Virus record (IMG/VR): IMGVR_UViG_3300046170_000302
Reading direction: 5' to 3' (one strand)
Origin: a virus
Taxonomy: Duplodnaviria; Caudoviricetes
Length of the DNA stretch: 64,000 nt
The notes below the pieces were generated by a model that was not told where the DNA came from, searched no databases, and saw only the letters and a list, made by a program, of their open reading frames with translations. Position 1 is the stretch's first letter; every line of letters begins with the position of its first letter. The position numbers were made by a program, and so were the translations under genes. Positions 59,079-64,000 of this stretch are shown piece by piece.

Positions 59079-59243
59079 TGGTAGTAAATTTATGGTTTTC
59101 GAAAGGACTTAGAAATATGGAGATGGACACTTACCTCTAATGAAGACAGTTATCTTCAGGAGAGTGGTAGTCAGAGAGATTTGAGAGATGCTATGGACGA
59201 TATTGCTAACACAATTGAATACCTTCTAAATAATGAAGTGTGA
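59078..59243 (+). CDS. Small hypothetical protein; frameshift near 59107
   Basis: Restored WRWTLT...QESG...DLRDAMDDIANTIEY. Confidence 0.5.
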
Positions 59244-59336
59244 AGGAAGTGCCACTCTGTGGTAATCAAAACCACCTTATAGGTGGTTTCTTTATGCATA
59301 CTAAATAAGGTTAATAGAAGTAATTGTGCGAGTAAG

Positions 59337-62300
59337 ATGCCACTCAGTCGCTTAGATAATTTCCTAAAGAACGTTCGTGGTAACATTCTTTATGTAAACC
59401 CAAATGACCTGGATGCCACTGATAGTATTGAGAATCAGGGCAACTCGATGGGTCGCCCGTTCCTTACAATTCAGAGAGCACTTGTAGAAGCAGCTAGATT
59501 CTCATATCAGGTTGGATTAGACAATGATCGTTTTGCAAAGACGACGATCATGTTGTATCCTGCAGAACACGTTATTGATAACAGACCAGGATGGATTCCT
59601 GATGGCACAAATAACTATCAGTTGAGGGATGGCACTACCTCTTCTGATTTTTCACCTTTTAACTCCACATCAAACTTTGATCTTACTACCACTGATAATG
59701 CACTTTACAAACTGAACTCTATTCATGGTGGTGTCATTGTTCCCCGTGGTGTTTCGATTGTTGGACAAGATCTGAGAAAGACAAAGATTCGTCCTCTATA
59801 TGTTCCCAACCCTGAGAACGATAGTATTGAAAGAACTTCTCTATTCAGACTGACAGGTGGTTGTTACCTGTGGCAGTTCTCGATGTTTGATGCTGATCCA
59901 AATGGATTAGCATATAAGGACTATACAACTGCTCAGTTTGTTCCTAACTTCTCACACCACAAACTCACTTGTTTTGAGTATGCTGATGGTGCAAATGGTG
60001 TCAATATTGCTGATAACTTTGTAACCTACTCATCTGCCAGAACTGATCTGGATATGTATTATGAGAAGGTTGGTTTGGCCTATGGTTCTGCATCTGGTAG
60101 AGCAATCGAACCTGATTATCCTTCAGGAACACTTGATATTCAAACCAAGGTTGATGAATTCCGTATTGTCGGACCAACTGGTGGTGAAGTTGGTATTACA
60201 AGTATCAAGGCTGGTGATGGTTCTACATCTACTGCTATTGTTACTGCAACAATGTCGTCTGGTGTTGCTGGTTTGGATGTAGATACTACATTCATTGTAA
60301 ATGGTGTTGCAGATAGTGATTATAATGGTAGTTATTCTGTTCAGGAAGTTCTGACTAGTAATTCTGATGGTGAAACACTATCATTTCACTTACCAAATTC
60401 CTGATATTCCTGTCGATGCACTTCCTGCTGTGACTGGTGCGACTGTATCTCTCGATACTGATACAGTTACCTCTGCATCTCCATACATCTTCAATATCTC
60501 ACTGAGATCAGTGTATGGTATGTGTGGTATGCACGCTGATGGATCAAAAGCCACTGGATTTAAATCCATGGTTGTTGCTCAATTCACTGGTGTATCTCTC
60601 CAGAAGGATGACAATGCATTCCTGAAGTTCAACCAAAGCACAGGTGGATTTGATGATTCCACCACTGTAGATAACCTCCATAGTGATCCTAACGCTATCT
60701 ACAAGCCTTCATATTATAACTTCCATATGAAGACATCGAACAACTCTGTAACTCAGCAAGTTTCGATCTTCGCTATTGGTTTTGCACAACAGTTCATCAA
60801 CGAATCTGGTGGTGATACCAGTATTACGAACTCCAACTCTAACTTTGGTCAGAACTCACTGATTTCGAAAGGATTTAGAGAAGAAGCATTTACAAGAGAC
60901 GATGTTGGTTATATTTCACACATTATTCCACCAAGGGAGAGTGTAACACAGAATGTCAATCTAGAATTTAATTCTATTGATGTAGCAAAGACTGTTGGTG
61001 TTGCATCCACTGGTCATCTTTATCTGTATCAGGAGACAAACGAGTCTTCTATTCCTGAAACTGTTATTCAGGGATACAGAGTTGGAGCTAAGGTGAATGA
61101 TAAGTTGAATGTTATCATCTCACAAGGTGGAACTCCAACTAACTACTTTGCTCGTATCGTGATGCCTGATACAGACAAGAGTTCTGTAAAGGCATACAAT
61201 ATTGGTAGAAATGTAGGAACAGGTAATAGTATTGCATCTTCTACTATCACCTTCACTGAGAATCATGGATTTATTAATGGTGAAAGTGTTAGAATTCTGA
61301 GTGATAATGCTAGACTACCTGATGGTCTGGACAACAATAGACTATATTTCGCTATTACTGATGGTGTTGCTGCTAACCAGATTCAACTGGCAACCACACT
61401 CAATGATTCTCTAGATGGTTCAGAAACCAGTTTCAACAACGCTGGTGGTAACCTGGTAATTGAATCGAGAGTTTCTGATAAGATCGCTGGTGATATTGGA
61501 CACCCTGTTCAGTATGACAACACTCAGAATCAGTGGTTTGTTAATGTATCTACTACCACCACAGAGAATACCATCTATGGAACAGTAGCTTCTCTTGGTG
61601 TGGCTGGTCTTGGAGATGCAACACCAAGAACATTCATCACTAGAAAACCTGATACCAGAAAGAATAACGAGAAGATTTATACATTCAGATATGTAGTTCC
61701 TGCTGGTAGTGGTATTACCTCTGCTCGTGCTCCTAGAGTCAATTATGTTCTTCAGGAATCAAACAAAGTAACTGGTGACAGTAATGTTGAGGTTGCACTT
61801 CAGTATAACCCAAGTTTGGTCACCATGACCAACGAAACTGAGATGAGAAACTTCAGTTTCTTGAGAGAGGCTAATTGGTCTGGTGGTACTTCATACTTCA
61901 CTTCTGAACAACCACATGGTTTGATTGAAGGAACACAAATTAGAATCAAGAATGTCCAGTCTGGTAATAATACAACTGGTGTTCGCTAACTCAGCATTCA
62001 ATAATAAATTCACAGTTTCTGGTATCTCAAGTGCTAACACCTTCTTTGTAAGTGGTCCTGTAGCTGATCCTGGTTCATTCCAGAACAATACATCACTGAG
62101 AACCACATCTCTACCTACATTCCAGAGAACACAATCCAAGGATACTTTCTTCATCTATGATGTTAATACTCTAAGAGAGTATGTGACTGGAGAACAAGAT
62201 GGTATCTACTACTTGACTGTTATTGATTCTTCTAACACTCCTGTTGTATCACCATTCAATGATAAGGAACAATTCTCATTCCCATCACCTATCAGAGATC

Positions 62301-64000
62301 TGTATCCACAGTATGATAGAGATAATCCTCAGTTTGATCCAAAGGGTTCTAAGACATATGCCAAACCAACTCCTCTTGGTGAAGTTGTAGTTGATGATCC
62401 TAGAAACAGTATCACTAAAAAGACTATTGATACCTGCTTTACTTGACTTTGGTGTGGGTCTTGGTGTTACTGATATTATCTCCAACCCAACAGGAACAGC
62501 TCATACCATCTTCACTCAACATGATCATGGATTGAACAGAGCTGCTGTTGTTAGTGTTGCTAGTAGTGGTGCTGGATATGGTAATGGTACTGGATCTATT
62601 GAGAACCTTTATAACGCAATCCTTGTTAATACAGGAAGTGCAAGAGGAGTAAGTGCTACAGGCAAGAATCACAGTAGATGGTTCTGGTAGTATCTCAGGT
62701 GTTGAGGTCATGAACAGTGGTTCTGACTATCAAGTTGGAGATGTTCTGAATATAACTGGAACGGCTACAACCACAGGATTCTCACAAGCAACTGTAACTG
62801 TAACACAAATCAGTAGTAATGTTGGTGATACAGTTCGTGTTGCTGGTATTCAATCTACTTCATATGAAGGATATAACTCACTCTATCGTATTACTGGTAT
62901 TACTACCAATAACGCCTTTGAAGCTTCATCCGTTGTAGCTATCAGTGGAGCTAGTGTAACTGGTGTTGGTGTAACACTTTCTACAAACGCGTTCACTCAT
63001 GTAACTGGTAAGACACTGGATGTTTCATCTATTGTTTATGACAATGTAAGTGGATTTGCAACTGTTGTTACATCTCAAAATCATGGTTTGAGACCTAATA
63101 ATAAGATTGTGTTTGGTGGAGCTGATACTGAACTGGCTAATGGAGACTTCTTGGTTACAGAGATTACTAATCTCACAACATTCACAGCAAATATTGGTAT
63201 TAGTACTCTATCACCAACTATTGGTGGAACTATCAAGGCATATCTTCCTGGATTGACTTCACAAGAAGGTCCAGCTGTCCTATATGGTGAGAACTTTGGT
63301 GGTAGAGTTCAGGATATCTACGCTGGTATTACAACTACACTTTCTTCAGCTGTTTCTTCTTCGTCTGATGATGAAGTTGAAATCCTCAATATTGAAAATC
63401 TAGATATCAACATTGGTGATTATCTGAGAATTGATGATGAGGTTCTTAGAGTTAAGAGAACTGTAACTGGAAACCCAGTTCGTGTATTCAGAGGATTGTT
63501 TGGAACAAGAGCTTCTATACATGACGCTGGTTCTGTTGTAAGAAGAATTAAAGTCAATAGTGCTGAGTTTAGAAGACCTTCTATTGTTAGAGCTTCTGGT
63601 CACACCTTTGAGTATCAAGGTTATGGACCTGGTAACTACTCAACTGCACTTCCTGACAGACAGGATACTTCACCTACACTAACAGAACAGACACTATCCC
63701 AGTCCTTCAGGTCTGATGGTGGTCTCAGTGTTTACACTGGTATGAATGATAAGGGTGACTACTTTGTTGGTAACAGAAGACTTTCTTCTACTACTGGTAA
63801 GGCTGACATCTATAATACACCTGTACCAACGGTTACCTGGTGAGGATGTTGCATCTGTAGATAGAGATGTAAGTGTTGATATTGTTGAGACATCAGCAGC
63901 TGACATCACTGGTTCTATCAAGGTTAGTGGTGGTATCAATAATAACTTTGTATCAGAGTTTGATGGTCCTGTTGTACTGAATAAGAAGGTAACTTCTACT
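59337..64000 (+). CDS. Giant virion structural/tail-fibre-like protein, 3' truncated; indels near 60397, 61985, 62440, 62660, 63840
   Basis: MPLSRLDNFLKNVRGNILYVNPNDLDATDSIENQGNS..PF.TIQRAL; continuous beta-rich protein over five track ORFs; CTAAATA upstream. Confidence 0.75.

Noticed and set aside
1-64000. CRISPR array, diversity-generating retroelement, integrase or transposon
   Set aside because: No regularly spaced repeats, reverse-transcriptase, recombinase or transposase motifs were noticed by eye.
1-64000. Stop-codon reassignment
   Set aside because: Gene breaks are frame changes rather than in-frame TAG or TGA, all three stops end genes normally, and there is no suppressor tRNA.

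Overview
A 64-kb segment of an AT-rich T4-like cyanomyovirus genome, probably infecting Synechococcus. In order it holds: the 3' end of nrdB; a GIY-YIG nuclease; a lipoprotein lysozyme; five tRNAs; a ~14.5-kb nucleotide-sugar/glycosyltransferase island (epimerase, NadE, Ugd, two GT11, GT2, GT25, methyltransferases, Def, Gmd/DmhA-like dehydratase, split HldE-like kinase and nucleotidyltransferase, cupin, HAD phosphatase); host-like photosynthesis and metabolic genes (two hli, psbA, psbD, petF, petE, talC, thyX, phoH); T4 core genes (gp33, gp59, gp32); a baseplate module (gp53, gp48, gp2-like, gp4, tail-tube-like, gp26, gp51, gp5); and the start of a giant virion protein. Roughly 25-30 single-base indels split conserved genes such as psbD, thyX and nadE. 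They look like sequencing or assembly errors, so genes are reported as reconstructed. The most unusual signals are: (1) a promoter-to-terminator mini-operon at ~33.8-34.4 kb with two glutamine-riboswitch-like aptamers, the second carrying a whole ORF inside its P2 loop, upstream of a DUF4278 (IF17-like) peptide; (2) an apparent NDP-heptose/6-deoxyheptose pathway; (3) a late, minus-strand operon of three signal-peptide, beta-rich proteins; (4) several structured RNA leaders and HLR1-like sites. Family assignments come from motif recognition and recall; no database searches were run.
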